The notes under the pieces: generated by a model
Seen by the model: only the letters and a program-made list of their open reading frames with translations
What the model was told of the DNA's origin: nothing
The model's database searches: none
Position numbers and translations under genes: made by a program
NCBI GenBank assembly: GCA_037189525.1
Contig: JBBCJC010000002.1
Coordinates: 704,001-768,000 of the forward strand
Source: Gemmatimonadales bacterium
GTDB taxonomy: Bacteria; Gemmatimonadota; Gemmatimonadetes; Gemmatimonadales; GWC2-71-9
DNA length: 64,000 nucleotides
Reading direction: 5' to 3'
Shown: positions 1 through 10,364 of the stretch, one piece after another
Layout of the letters: every line of letters starts with the position of its first letter
How positions within the stretch are numbered: position 1 is the first letter of the stretch

Positions 1-1
1 C

Positions 2-220
2 ACGATCCATCATCCCGTGCCCAAAGTGGGGCTCGAGGTCGGGTTCCTGGCGGTCCGGAGCCTCCTCCGCGAGATCCTGCTTTTCGGCGAGACCTTTCCC
101 GGCGGCTCGGCGTTGTCCGACCGGGCCCTTGCTGAGGAACTGACGCGGCTGCTGCTGCGCTATCTCGGGGTGCGGGGCAGCACTCGGCTTCGGTTTTCCG
201 ATCGTCCGAAGCGCCGTTAG
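2..220 (+). CDS. 3' end of a gene entering from the left, probably the C-terminal domain of a TetR/AcrR-family regulator
   Basis: Frame is open from the window start (TIHHPVPKVGLEVGFLAVRSLLREILLFGE...SDRALAEELTRLLLRYLG), resembling TetR C-terminal helices; the HTH lies outside the window. Confidence 0.45.
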   Translation, partial: TIHHPVPKVGLEVGFLAVRSLLREILLFGETFPGGSALSDRALAEELTRLLLRYLGVRGSTRLRFSDRPKRR

Positions 221-296
221 GCGACGCCAGCACGCGGCGCTGTCCGCCGCGTACCCGCCCCAGCAATCAGGACCGGATTCTCAGGTCTACGCAGCC

Positions 297-327
297 GCCG
301 CAACGGATCGAGGTGATCCGTTGCGGC
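297..327. terminator. 13-bp perfect inverted repeat between convergent genes
   Basis: GCCGCAACGGATC-gaggt-GATCCGTTGCGGC. Confidence 0.6.
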
Positions 328-344
328 CGTTGTGCTTCAGGATG

Positions 345-2456
345 TCAGGGCTTGAGGTAGCGCTGGAAGAAATCAGCCGTGGCCCGTCCGACTGTCAGCC
401 AGTTGGCATGCCGCATGAAATGATGCGTGTCGTCGACGATGACGAGCGACTCCACCGTGACGCCCTGCCGTTCGAGCCGTTGCACCAGATCGGTGCTCTG
501 ACTGAACAGCACGTTGCGATCATCGTCTGCGTGGATCATCAGCACCGGCGAGGTCCAGGTCGACACCGCCGACGTGGGCGACGATTCCCACGCCACCTTG
601 GCCGCCAGGTCGGCATCGGGCGCCCGCTCGTACCGGTCGGGGCTCACCAGGTTCCGGGTCCGGTTGATGGTGCGATCGTGGACCCCATGAATATCCACCC
701 CGGCGGCAAAGAGTTTCGAGTCGCGCCCCAGCGCCAGGGCCACCAGATACCCGCCGTACGAACCGCCGTAGAGACCGATCTTCTTCGGATCGACATTGGA
801 CTGGGCAGCCAGCCATTCGCCGGCGGCCTTGATGTCGAGGTACTCCGAGGCGCCGTTGGTGCCGGCCCGATCCGCCTGATGGAACTCGTAGCCGTAGCCG
901 ATGCCCAGCCGGTAGTTGACCGACAGCACCACGAAGCCTTGGCTCGCCAGGTACTGGTTGGTCGCGTAGGCATTGCTGTAGTAATCGGAATAGTTCCAGC
1001 CCAGCAGCATCTGGCGCGGTGGACCGCCGTGGATGTAGATCACGGCCGGCCGGCGACCCGACCCGGTGGTCGGCTCGAACAGCTGCGCATGTACGGTCAC
1101 CCCGTCGGACGCCTTATAGACCACCTGCTTCGGCGTCACCAGCTTGCCCAGCGGGAACTGCGACGGGATCCGATCCGCACCGAGCGTGCGAATGGCGCCG
1201 CCCGCAAACGGCATCACGGACGGAAGCGGCGGCCGGTCGGTCGTGGCGCTGATGAAGGCAAGGGTGCCGTCTCCCGTTACCACCGGACTCCATTCGAGCC
1301 CCGCGCCCGGCGTTACGACTTCCATCGCGGCGCGGTCGACCGGCACCTTGACCACGTGGCGGCGATCGATATCGAGCTTGTCCGGCCCGGCATTACCCGC
1401 AAACACCATCCACTTCCGGTCCGGCGACATCTGGATGTGCTCGGCCATGAAGTTGCCGGGCGTGAGGAGCAGCGGCTCACCGCCGCTTTCCGGCAGGGAA
1501 TACAGGTGCGGCCAGCCGTCCTGATAGGAGAGGAAGACGATCCGCCCGGCCGCCCAGTGCAGGTTGGTGCCGCCATGGGTGTTCGGCACCGAGCCCCGCA
1601 AGGTGCGCGGCGAGGTCCAGAGCCGGGTCGCGGTTTCCGGCTTGGCCAGATCGACCGAGTAGAGCGACCAGGGCGAATGCCGCCGGACCAGAATCGAATC
1701 CGGCGCGCCACCGGCGCCGGGCACCCGCACGAACACGAGTTTCCGTCCGTCCGGCGACCAGCGCGGCGAGCGATCGCGGGTATAGCCCGGCGCTATCCAG
1801 GTGAGCGGTGTCTTTTCGTCGGTATAGATGCCGATGAAAGCATGGCCGCCCCGATTCGACACGAAGGCCAGCCGGCTCCCGTCCGGCGACCAGACCGGCG
1901 ATCCGTTCGAACCGCGCGCGGTGAAGAGCGCCTTGCCCGGTGCGGAGCCATCGATCGGCGCGGCATGGATCTGGTTGCCGCGCACGTAGGCGACCCGATC
2001 GCCGCGAGGCGAGATGACCGGGCTTTCGCCTTCACCGAGGGATTTGGGCTCGCCGCCGGCAAACGGCACGGCCCAGATCTGGACCCGATTCGGCGTGGTG
2101 TTGAAGGTCGGATTGACCGGCAGGGCGTCGTCCCAGTTGGAACTGAAGTCGCCGCCGCGGACATAGACGACCCAACGCCCATCCGACGAAAGACTCACGC
2201 TGGTGAGTTCCTGGCCGTCGTCCTGATCGTAGTTGGTCAGCTTGCGCGGGGTAAACGTGGGGCCTTCCGCGACGTAGATGTTGCGGAGTCCCTGTTCGTT
2301 GAGCGCCCACGCAAGCCGTGATCCCGAGCTGGCGGCGGTCAACTCGTTGGGAAACGGGTAGGAGCGGATCTGCTCCAAGGTATAGCGCGACTGCGCAGGT
2401 ACGGCCGAGGCGCCAAGCAGCGCCAGCAGCGACGAGATGAGAAAGGTGCGTTGCAT
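345..2456 (-). CDS. Secreted S9 family peptidase (prolyl oligopeptidase/DPP-IV-like) with PD40/WD40-like propeller
   Basis: Signal peptide; WSPDG repeats; HGGP; nucleophile GGSYGG; DDRNV; HHF catalytic His. Confidence 0.92.
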   Translation of the reverse strand: MQRTFLISSLLALLGASAVPAQSRYTLEQIRSYPFPNELTAASSGSRLAWALNEQGLRNIYVAEGPTFTPRKLTNYDQDDGQELTSVSLSSDGRWVVYVRGGDFSSNWDDALPVNPTFNTTPNRVQIWAVPFAGGEPKSLGEGESPVISPRGDRVAYVRGNQIHAAPIDGSAPGKALFTARGSNGSPVWSPDGSRLAFVSNRGGHAFIGIYTDEKTPLTWIAPGYTRDRSPRWSPDGRKLVFVRVPGAGGAPDSILVRRHSPWSLYSVDLAKPETATRLWTSPRTLRGSVPNTHGGTNLHWAAGRIVFLSYQDGWPHLYSLPESGGEPLLLTPGNFMAEHIQMSPDRKWMVFAGNAGPDKLDIDRRHVVKVPVDRAAMEVVTPGAGLEWSPVVTGDGTLAFISATTDRPPLPSVMPFAGGAIRTLGADRIPSQFPLGKLVTPKQVVYKASDGVTVHAQLFEPTTGSGRRPAVIYIHGGPPRQMLLGWNYSDYYSNAYATNQYLASQGFVVLSVNYRLGIGYGYEFHQADRAGTNGASEYLDIKAAGEWLAAQSNVDPKKIGLYGGSYGGYLVALALGRDSKLFAAGVDIHGVHDRTINRTRNLVSPDRYERAPDADLAAKVAWESSPTSAVSTWTSPVLMIHADDDRNVLFSQSTDLVQRLERQGVTVESLVIVDDTHHFMRHANWLTVGRATADFFQRYLKP

Positions 2457-2475
2457 CGGACTCTCCGTGGATGAA

Positions 2476-3933
2476 TCAACCCATCACGACCGGGACGAGC
2501 AGGCCCAGAATGATGACCAGAACGACGATGGATACGATGTCGAGCAGGAACCCGGCTTTGGCCATTTGCCGGACGCTGACCTGACCCGAGCCGAACACGA
2601 TGGCATTGGGCGGCGTGGCCATCGGTAACATGAACCCGACCGACGCCGCAAAGCCCGCGACCATCATCAGCACGAGCGGCGGCTGATCGAGGCTGCGGGC
2701 CAAGGCGACCGCGATCGGCATCATCATCGCGGCGACGGCCATGTTCGAGGCCAGCTCGCTCAAAATCACCACGATCACGGCCAGGCCGAGATAGATCACG
2801 ATCGGCGGCATGCCGGCGAGACCCGATAGCTGGCCGGTCAGCCAATCGGTGACGCCATGTTTTTCGATCGCGGACGCAATCGAAAGGCCGGCGCCGAAGA
2901 ACAGAAGAATATCCCAGGGAATTTTCCGCGCTTCCTGCCAGGTCATCAGCGGACGGTTTTCGCCCTGGGGCGTTTTCCCGTTCACCAGAAAGAGCGCCAG
3001 GGCCGCGCCGAGGGCAATCCCGGTGTCGGTGAGCATCGGAACGATCTGCACCAGACCAGGAATGACCACCCCGCCGATTTCTTTGGTCTCCCGGAAAAAC
3101 CAGGCAAAGGCCGTGACGGCAAAGACTATGAGGACCCGCGCCTCGCCCCCGCGAATCGGGCCCAGCGCGGCCAGGCGCTGCTCGAGCATGCCGCGCGCGC
3201 CGCTGCCCAGGTCGGCCCGGCTCCGGAAACAGACGAACGTGAGAAGAAACCAGCACGCCGGGATCAGCAGGATCACGAGCGGCATGCCTAACGCCATGAA
3301 CTGGGCAAAGGACACCGATTCGCCGACCAGCTCTTTCATCGCCCCGACGACGACCAGATTGGGCGGGGTGCTGATCATGGTGCCCATGCCCCCGATCGAC
3401 GCCGCGTACGCCACGGCCAGCATCAGCGAGGTCCGGGTGTTGTCGCCATCCCGCCCCGTGGGAAACAGCGCGCCGACGGCGAGCGCGATCGGATACATCA
3501 TGGCCGCCGTGGCCGTATTCGAAATCCAGATCGAGATGAAGGTGGTGGCCAGCATGATGCCGAGCACGGCGCGCCGGCTGGTCAACCCGATGGCCAGAAC
3601 GAGGCGATACGCTAGACGGACATGGCTCTGCCAATGCTCGAGCGCAGCCGCCAGGAAAAATCCGCCCATGAACAGGAAGACCAGCTCGTTAGCATAGGGC
3701 GCGGCTGCTTCGCGAGTGCTAGACAGACCCAAGAGCGGAAAGAGCAGAATCGGCAACAGCGACGTCGCGACGATCGGCATCGTTTCCGTGATGAGCCAGG
3801 TCATGACCCACGCGGTGACGCCCAGGGTGGTTCGGCCTTCCGGCGACAGGGCGGATGGTCCGAGCCAGATGATCAGGACGAACAGCAACGGTCCGGCGAT
3901 CTGGGCGGCCAGTTTGGGACTGAGTCGATTCAT
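2476..3933 (-). CDS. SLC13/DASS family Na+:dicarboxylate/sulfate symporter
   Basis: SNTATAAMM, STPPN, SNMAVAAMM and ATPPNAIVFG motifs; many TM helices; start placed at MNRLSPK. Confidence 0.9.
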   Translation of the reverse strand: MNRLSPKLAAQIAGPLLFVLIIWLGPSALSPEGRTTLGVTAWVMTWLITETMPIVATSLLPILLFPLLGLSSTREAAAPYANELVFLFMGGFFLAAALEHWQSHVRLAYRLVLAIGLTSRRAVLGIMLATTFISIWISNTATAAMMYPIALAVGALFPTGRDGDNTRTSLMLAVAYAASIGGMGTMISTPPNLVVVGAMKELVGESVSFAQFMALGMPLVILLIPACWFLLTFVCFRSRADLGSGARGMLEQRLAALGPIRGGEARVLIVFAVTAFAWFFRETKEIGGVVIPGLVQIVPMLTDTGIALGAALALFLVNGKTPQGENRPLMTWQEARKIPWDILLFFGAGLSIASAIEKHGVTDWLTGQLSGLAGMPPIVIYLGLAVIVVILSELASNMAVAAMMMPIAVALARSLDQPPLVLMMVAGFAASVGFMLPMATPPNAIVFGSGQVSVRQMAKAGFLLDIVSIVVLVIILGLLVPVVMG

Positions 3934-4105
3934 GAGCCTCGGGAATCCGTACTGAGAAGGCAGTCGGACGGGTCGCAAATATGACCCGGGGATCGCGGTT
4001 TCGTCCATTGCCGACTTGTGAATCCGCCAGACGGCGGCCAGAATCAAGCCATGGTGGGTGTGGTTTAACGGGGTGGCATTCAAACTGCTCGAGATGGATC
4101 GTACC

Positions 4106-5518
4106 ATGCGGCCTCTGACCCGAACCACCCTCACGCTCGCTGTCGGCCTTGCCGTCGGTGGGGCGATCGGATTCGGGGTCGGTCAGTATCGGCAGCGCGC
4201 CAAATCCACCGCCGTGGCGACCGCGCAGGTTTTCAATCACGTCTTCAACACCATCCGGGCCGACTTCGTCGACTCGCTGTCCGATGCCGAGCTGTACACC
4301 AAGGCCGCCCAAGGCATCGTCAGCACCCTCGGTGATCCCTATTCAGCCTTTCTCGGCCCGGCCGACTACCGCGCGTACCGTGACATGCTCCGCGGCCAGG
4401 GCAACACCTATGGTGTCTCGATCCAGACCGGTCTGACCGGCCTTCGGATCACATCGGTGGCTCCCAATACGGCGGCGGAACGGGCCGGCCTCGTCGTCGG
4501 CGACTTCGTCGAGGCGATTCGGGACAAATCCACCCTGGGTTGGACCTCGGCCGAGGTCGCGACGGCACTCCGGGTCGACAGCATGGCGCTCCGGCTCCGG
4601 GTCCGCGCGCCGGCGGACAGCGCCTGGACGGAGGTTGAACTGGCGGCGGAGTCTGCGCGGCTGCCGGCCGTCGGGCCGGTGGTTCGGCTAAGCGACTCGG
4701 TGGCATACGTCGCGCTGCGGACTGTATCAGACCGGTCCGGCAAGGAGCTCGAGGACGCGCTCGATACGCTCGACCCCTCGGCGCTGCGTGGACTGGTGCT
4801 CGATCTGCGCGGCAACACCGGCGGGCGGCTCGATCAGGCCATTGCCATTGCCAATACGTTTCTCAACCCGGGGCAGCGCATCGGCGAGGTGGCCAAGCGG
4901 CGGCTCCGCTGGGGCTACGAGGCGCGCGATCCGGCGCGGTATCCGGACCTGCAGCTGGCCCTCCTGGTCGACCGCCGGACCGCGAGTTCGGCCGAGATCG
5001 TGGCGGCCGCCCTCCGCGACAACGAACGGGCCAGGCTGGTGGGCGAGCGGACCTTCGGCAAAGGTCTGATCCAGACCACGATCTCGCTGGGGGACAGTAT
5101 CGGGCTCCGTCTCACGACCGGGCGTTGGCAGGGGCCTGGCGGCCGGCTGATCGCGGGGGGGCTGACCCCCGACTCCGCCGTGACGCAGAGTGAATGGGAA
5201 ACCTCTCTCAGGCGGTCGTTGACGGCTCGCGTGGACGCGGTCAACGAGGTCCTCGAACAGCTGGTGCGACGCCGGATCAAGGCCGGCATCGGGCCGGACG
5301 CCGTGGTGTTGAGCCTGGCTGAGCAGGACGAAATCCGGGCTCGGATCCGTCGGGCCGGGCTGCCGTTGTCCCGGCAGACGATTCGGGCCCACCTCTCCCT
5401 GTTCGAGCGCGAGGTCGCCCGCCAACTGGCGGTGGCGAGTCGCGACCCGCAGGTAGCCATGCGATTCGCGCTCCTGGCCGATCCGGTCGTTACGGCCGGG
5501 ATGGCGGTGCTCCAGTAA
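4106..5518 (+). CDS. S41 family C-terminal processing peptidase (PDZ + S41)
   Basis: N-terminal anchor; LGDPYSAFL; PDZ; DLRGNTGG; TASSAEI; TFGKG. Confidence 0.9.
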   Translation: MRPLTRTTLTLAVGLAVGGAIGFGVGQYRQRAKSTAVATAQVFNHVFNTIRADFVDSLSDAELYTKAAQGIVSTLGDPYSAFLGPADYRAYRDMLRGQGNTYGVSIQTGLTGLRITSVAPNTAAERAGLVVGDFVEAIRDKSTLGWTSAEVATALRVDSMALRLRVRAPADSAWTEVELAAESARLPAVGPVVRLSDSVAYVALRTVSDRSGKELEDALDTLDPSALRGLVLDLRGNTGGRLDQAIAIANTFLNPGQRIGEVAKRRLRWGYEARDPARYPDLQLALLVDRRTASSAEIVAAALRDNERARLVGERTFGKGLIQTTISLGDSIGLRLTTGRWQGPGGRLIAGGLTPDSAVTQSEWETSLRRSLTARVDAVNEVLEQLVRRRIKAGIGPDAVVLSLAEQDEIRARIRRAGLPLSRQTIRAHLSLFEREVARQLAVASRDPQVAMRFALLADPVVTAGMAVLQ

Positions 5519-5607
5519 CTGTTTCCACCTGAAACATAGTCCATGGCCTGGCCGTAGGTCGCGGTCGATCCCGGGCATTTCCGAACTTACCGACCGCGAG
5601 GTGGCGC

Positions 5608-8025
5608 GTGTTGTATTGGCAGGATATCCGGTACGCCTTCCGAACCCTGCGAAAGGCTCCGTGGTTCACGGCGCTCACGGTGGTGGTGCTGGGCGGCGGT
5701 CTTGGCATCGCGATCTTCACGTTTTCGTTCCTGTACACGGCCATGGTACGGCCGCTCCCCGTCGAGGATGGCGAAGCGATCGTCCGGATTCAATTCCGGA
5801 CCGAGGGGGGTACCCGTGGTGTCGACGCCGTCGACCTGGTGCCGCTCCGCGCCCAACTCGGTGCGGTGGCCGAGTTGGGGGCATTTGCGGGCCGGGAACT
5901 GGTGGTGGGTGATGGCGACAGTCGCCAGATCATCCAGGCGACTGCGACCGAATGGAACCTGTTTGCGGTGACCCGGACGGCGCCGGCCCGAGGGCGCGCG
6001 TTGCAGCCGGCCGATCACGAGCCGGGGGCTGATCCGGTCATCGTGCTGAGCGACTGGACCTGGCGGACGGTGTTCGGCGCCGACCCGGCCATCCTCGAGA
6101 GCCGCGTTTTGCTGAACGGGGTCTCGACCCGGGTCGTAGGCATTGCTCCGCCGGGCTTCGGCTTTCCCGTAGCGAGCCAGGCGTGGGTGCCGCTCGAGAG
6201 CAACCTGGTGCGTGGCGCGGTGCCGGTCGGCCGGCTGCTCGACGTCTATGCCCGGCTGGCGCCCGGGGCGACGCCTGCTGCGCTCGAAGCCGAGCTGGCG
6301 GTGGTGTCGGCGCGGATCAGGGCCGACCGGCCGGACGACGGCGAAAGTATGGCGCCGGTCCAGCCCCTGGTCCGCTCGTTCCCGATGGCGCAGATGGGCG
6401 AGGAAGGTCCTCTTTTCTTTGCGGTGCTGCACGTCCTGGCCGCGATGATCCTGCTCCTGGCCTGCACCAACGTCATCAATCTGCTCTTGGCGCGCACCAA
6501 CGAGCGGGTTCGGGAAACCGCGGTCCGGTTGGCGCTCGGCGCGCCGCGCGGTCGCCTGGTGATGCAGAGCATGTGGGAGACCGTTCTGCTCTGCGTCGCC
6601 GGAGGTATCCTGGCGACGGCGGTGGCGGCATGGGGTCTTTCGGTCGTCAACGGCTGGGCGCATGCCAAGCTGGCGGGAAACCTGGCGTTCTGGTGGGTCT
6701 GGGCTCCCGACCTCTCGACCCTGGCTGCCGCGGGGGTGCTGGTCACCGTCGTGATTGCGCTTCTGGGTGGCGTCGTCGCCGGCCGCGCAACCAGCACCAG
6801 CCTCAATGCCGTGCTCCAGGACGGCACGGTGAGCGGCGGATCTCGGCGCGAGGGCCGGATTGCCCGCTACCTGGTGGTGGGCCAGATCGCGACCGTCTCG
6901 GCGCTGCTCTTCTTCGGCGTCATGTCCGGGCTGGTGGCGAGCCGAATCGTCAACATCGATCTGGGCTACAACACCGAACGTCTGGTGCAGACCTGGCTCG
7001 ACGAACGCGACGTGGCGCCCGAGGGCAGGGCGGTGTTCCGGCAGTCGCTGCTCTATCAGCTCGATCAGCAGGCGGAGGCCGAGGCGCCGGTCTACCGTGC
7101 GGACCTGGCGTCTATGACGGACCCGGCCGGGAGGTTCATGATCCGAGGCCAGGAGTCTTCCCGCGATGGGGAGTTGCCGCGCGCGTTCGTTCGCGCCGTG
7201 CAAGGTGCGCTGCCGTCGGCGGGCGTCGAGGTCCTGGCGGGCCGCGCCTTCGATGAACGGGACGGCTCGGCCGGCCAGGCGGTCGTGATCGTGAGTCAGG
7301 CGGTGGCGGCGCGCTGGTGGCCGGGCCGGTCGCCGCTCGGTCAGGAGATTCGGCTGACGGGAATGCCGGACTCCCTGGCCTGGCGGACCGTGATCGGCGT
7401 TGCCCGCGACGTGCCGATGGGCAATTTCCTGGCGCGGAACCGGAGCTTCCTGGCAGTGTATCTCCCGCTCCAGCAGACGGCGGCGGAGTATCCGACCCTG
7501 GCTTTCCGCCATGTCGGCGGTGTGCCGGCTGCGCAGGCAGGATTGCACCGGGCCGTCACGACACTCGACCCGGTGATGGTGCCGGGGTCGCTCCAGAGCA
7601 TGGACGAAATCATCGAGAAGTCGACTGTCCTGACGCGGGGCACTGCCAACCTGTTCGGCACCTGTTTCGGGTTTGCGTTGCTGCTGGCCGCGAGCGGCAT
7701 TTACGGACTGGCTGCGCGGTCGATCGGGCAGCGGACCCGGGAAATCGGGGTTCGGCGGGCGGTCGGTGCCGATGATCGCCGCATCCTGGCCCTGCTGCTC
7801 GGCCAGAGCGCCCGTCAGCTGGGCATCGGAACGCTCCTGGCGCTGCCGCTTCTGATCGGAACCGCCTGGCTGTTTGCCCGGTCCCTCCCGATCGGGTTGA
7901 TCGAAGCGGTGGCGGCGGCCGTGGGCGTCGCGGTGGCGATTACCGGCGTCGTACTGGCGGCCACCTGGATCCCGGCGCGTCGCGCAGTCCGGATCGAGCC
8001 GCGCGACGCGCTGTGGCAGGGATAG
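5608..8025 (+). CDS. Duplicated MacB/FtsX-type ABC transporter permease (ADOP-like)
   Basis: WQDIRYAFRTLRKAP start; ACTNVINLLLAR; RETAVRLALGA; REIGVRRAVGA; PARRAVRIEPRDAL end. Confidence 0.9.
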   Translation: MLYWQDIRYAFRTLRKAPWFTALTVVVLGGGLGIAIFTFSFLYTAMVRPLPVEDGEAIVRIQFRTEGGTRGVDAVDLVPLRAQLGAVAELGAFAGRELVVGDGDSRQIIQATATEWNLFAVTRTAPARGRALQPADHEPGADPVIVLSDWTWRTVFGADPAILESRVLLNGVSTRVVGIAPPGFGFPVASQAWVPLESNLVRGAVPVGRLLDVYARLAPGATPAALEAELAVVSARIRADRPDDGESMAPVQPLVRSFPMAQMGEEGPLFFAVLHVLAAMILLLACTNVINLLLARTNERVRETAVRLALGAPRGRLVMQSMWETVLLCVAGGILATAVAAWGLSVVNGWAHAKLAGNLAFWWVWAPDLSTLAAAGVLVTVVIALLGGVVAGRATSTSLNAVLQDGTVSGGSRREGRIARYLVVGQIATVSALLFFGVMSGLVASRIVNIDLGYNTERLVQTWLDERDVAPEGRAVFRQSLLYQLDQQAEAEAPVYRADLASMTDPAGRFMIRGQESSRDGELPRAFVRAVQGALPSAGVEVLAGRAFDERDGSAGQAVVIVSQAVAARWWPGRSPLGQEIRLTGMPDSLAWRTVIGVARDVPMGNFLARNRSFLAVYLPLQQTAAEYPTLAFRHVGGVPAAQAGLHRAVTTLDPVMVPGSLQSMDEIIEKSTVLTRGTANLFGTCFGFALLLAASGIYGLAARSIGQRTREIGVRRAVGADDRRILALLLGQSARQLGIGTLLALPLLIGTAWLFARSLPIGLIEAVAAAVGVAVAITGVVLAATWIPARRAVRIEPRDALWQG

Positions 8026-8035
8026 GCCCCAATCC

Positions 8036-8062
8036 GGGGGCTCGGAGTATGGCCGAGCCCCC
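8036..8062 (+). terminator. GC-rich hairpin after the ABC permease
   Basis: GGGGGCTCGG-agtatgg-CCGAGCCCCC; no U-tract. Confidence 0.5.
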
Positions 8063-8070
8063 GCGCTCTG

Positions 8071-8176
8071 CTGCTGAATCCGCAGTTGTCAGTCTGCCGT
8101 CTTCGCAGGTTTCCGCAATTTTTGTTCTTCTAAGTCGTTGATTAGTAATGATATAGCATAGTGGCACCGGGTCTGC
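8071..8176 (+). promoter_or_regulatory. sigma-54 promoter with IHF site and tandem upstream activator sites
   Basis: CTGC-N7-GCAG palindromes at 8071-8085 and 8094-8108; exact IHF consensus on the - strand (AATCAACGACTTA, 8131-8143); -24/-12 element TGGCACCGGGTCTGC at 8162-8176. Confidence 0.75.
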
Positions 8177-8219
8177 CTATCAGCATCGTGTCGGAGACCG
8201 ATTCTGGTGGAGGCAGGCT

Positions 8220-8969
8220 ATGTCGATAGCAAGGTTGGAGCACGGGGTCTCGCGCCGGGCGCTGCTGGGCCGAGTCGCGGGAGCGGCCGCGACATTGGTG
8301 GTGTCTCAGAAGCTGACGGGATGCTCGGCGGTCGGTCCAGAGGATGACGACGGGACGGGTGGCTCGACCTCCTGCGTCGTGACCGCTGCGCTGACCGAAG
8401 GGCCCTACTTCGTCGACGAACGGCTCAACCGGAGTGATATTCGCACCGATCCGGTCAGTGGTGCAGTTTCTCAGGGAGCGCTGCTCGATCTGAGCTTCAA
8501 TGTCTCGCGCGTGGCAAGCGGGGCATGCACGCCGTTGACCGGAGCATACCTGGATGTATGGCACTGTGATTCTGCCGGCGTCTATTCCGATGTCTCCGGC
8601 AGCGGCGCCGGACGGAAGTTCTTGCGCGGCTACCAGATTACCGATGCATCGGGCCTGGCCCGCTTCACGACGGTCTATCCGGGCTGGTATTCGGGCCGCG
8701 CCGTCCATGTCCACTTCAAGCTCCGATTATTTACGGGCTCGACTACGAGTTACGAGTTCACGTCGCAGTTCTTTTTCGATGAGTCGCTGACCGATGCGGT
8801 TCATGCGCTGGCGCCGTATTTATCCAAGGGACGACGGAATACGCTCAATACCACCGACGGCATCTACAACAGCCTCTCGGCAAGCGAGAAGGTGGCGCTC
8901 ACGTTGAGAGCAGAGTCCAGCGGCGCCGGGTACACTGGCGTGATCGACCTGGGTGTTCGACTCTCGTGA
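8220..8969 (+). CDS. Tat-exported intradiol ring-cleavage dioxygenase-like (lipo)protein
   Basis: SRRALL twin-Arg signal, LTGC lipobox; TEGPYF, DVWHCD..GVYS, YPGWYSGRAVHVHFK iron-ligand motifs. Confidence 0.85.
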   Translation: MSIARLEHGVSRRALLGRVAGAAATLVVSQKLTGCSAVGPEDDDGTGGSTSCVVTAALTEGPYFVDERLNRSDIRTDPVSGAVSQGALLDLSFNVSRVASGACTPLTGAYLDVWHCDSAGVYSDVSGSGAGRKFLRGYQITDASGLARFTTVYPGWYSGRAVHVHFKLRLFTGSTTSYEFTSQFFFDESLTDAVHALAPYLSKGRRNTLNTTDGIYNSLSASEKVALTLRAESSGAGYTGVIDLGVRLS

Positions 8970-9038
8970 CGGTCACCTGGCCCGGGCGCCGAACGTCGTG
9001 GAGCAGCGGATGACGTGGCACGAGGAGACGGGAGCACC

Positions 9039-10364
9039 GTGCAGCGATTGAAGCGCCTGATTCGCGGGACCCCTTGGGCGTGGCTGGTAACCACGCTGGC
9101 CCTGGGCGTGGCGCTGATTCTCAGCGCCGGGACCAATCTGCGGGGCGCCCGCGCCTCGGCTGCCGAACTCGACGTGGGCCACGCGCAGGTCTTGAAAGAA
9201 GCGGTGCAGTCGCTCAACCGCCCCGGGCATCGCGCCAGCTCCGCATCGCTGGACAGCCTGGTTCGCGCCAAGGCCGATGCCGGACTTCGCTTTGTTGCGT
9301 TGATCGACACGCGCGATTCGGTGCTGGTGTCCTCCGGCCAGGCGCTGCCCGATCCCATCGTGATCGATCGGACCGCGGGACCGCAGATCGAGCCCTTGGG
9401 CGATCGGGTCCGGGGCACCTTCCCGGCCCCGCAGCCCGGCCCGCGTCCCGACGGTCCGGGTCCTGGTGGTGAGTGGCATCCCCCGCATTCTCAAGGTTCG
9501 GGACGACCCGGGCGGCCCCCGGGGCCGTGGCCGGGCGGGCCGCCGTCCATCGTCCTCGAGTTCGAGCCGACGGCATCGGAAGCGATCGTGACCCGGGCGT
9601 CACGCGTGTTCGGTGTCAGCACGGTGGTCGGGATGGCGCTGATGCTCGCCGGTGTGCTGCTCTGGCGAGCGCAGCGGGCCATGCAGGAAAACGAACGGCG
9701 GTTCGAAGAAGACCGCCGTCTGGCCATGCTGGGTCGGATGTCGGCGGTCCTGGCGCACGAAATCCGGAACCCGCTGGCATCGCTCAAGGGCCATGCGCAG
9801 CTGCTGGAAGAGCGGCTCGAGTCCGGATCGGCGGATCAGCGCAAGGCGGCCCGGGTGGTCGACGAGGCTCGGCGACTCGAGACGATTACCAACGATCTCC
9901 TCGATCTGTCCCGTTCCGGTCCGATCGACATCCGCTCCGTCGACCCGGCTGAACTGGTGCGTGCCTCGGTCGACGATCTGGGCGGCCAGGTCGTCCGGGT
10001 CGACACGGCCGCTGCGCCGGGCCGCTGGATGCTCGACGAGCGCCGGTTCCGTCTCAACGTCCTGGGCAACCTGCTGCGCAACGCGGTGGAGGCGTCGCCG
10101 CCGGACCGGCCCCCCGAAATCCGGGTCTCGATGCAGCACGGCCGCCTGATCTTTGCCGTGCGCGATTTCGGCCCGGGGATTCCCGAAGGCAACGAGACGA
10201 GGATCTTCGACCCCTTCTTCACCACACGGGTATCCGGAACCGGCCTGGGCCTGTCGCTGGCGCGGCGGATCGTCGATTTGCATGGCGGAACCATCCGGGC
10301 CGAAACCGTGGCAACCGGCGGAGCATTGTTCGTGGTGGAACTTCCCGAAACAGGTAGAGCCTGA
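9039..10364 (+). CDS. Membrane sensor histidine kinase (NtrB/ZraS-like)
   Basis: Two TMs; [10 protein letters not shown]-box; [25 protein letters not shown]; start could be 9015. Confidence 0.92.
   Translation: MQRLKRLIRGTPWAWLVTTLALGVALILSAGTNLRGARASAAELDVGHAQVLKEAVQSLNRPGHRASSASLDSLVRAKADAGLRFVALIDTRDSVLVSSGQALPDPIVIDRTAGPQIEPLGDRVRGTFPAPQPGPRPDGPGPGGEWHPPHSQGSGRPGRPPGPWPGGPPSIVLEFEPTASEAIVTRASRVFGVSTVVGMALMLAGVLLWRAQRAMQENERRFEEDRRLAMLGRMSAVLAHEIRNPLASLKGHAQLLEERLESGSADQRKAARVVDEARRLETITNDLLDLSRSGPIDIRSVDPAELVRASVDDLGGQVVRVDTAAAPGRWMLDERRFRLNVLGNLLRNAVEASPPDRPPEIRVSMQHGRLIFAVRDFGPGIPEGNETRIFDPFFTTRVSGTGLGLSLARRIVDLHGGTIRAETVATGGALFVVELPETGRA

Noticed and set aside
321..2321. Long antisense or alternative-frame ORFs (for example 321-2321, 23894-26764, 46401-49559, 59641-61443)
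   Set aside because: Shadow ORFs expected in high-GC DNA; each overlaps a gene with clear family motifs and has Arg/Gly/Pro-rich, motif-free translations
5608..8025. ABC permease without an ATPase gene as a possible anomaly
   Set aside because: Orphan duplicated permeases of this type are common in Acidobacteriota- and Gemmatimonadota-like genomes
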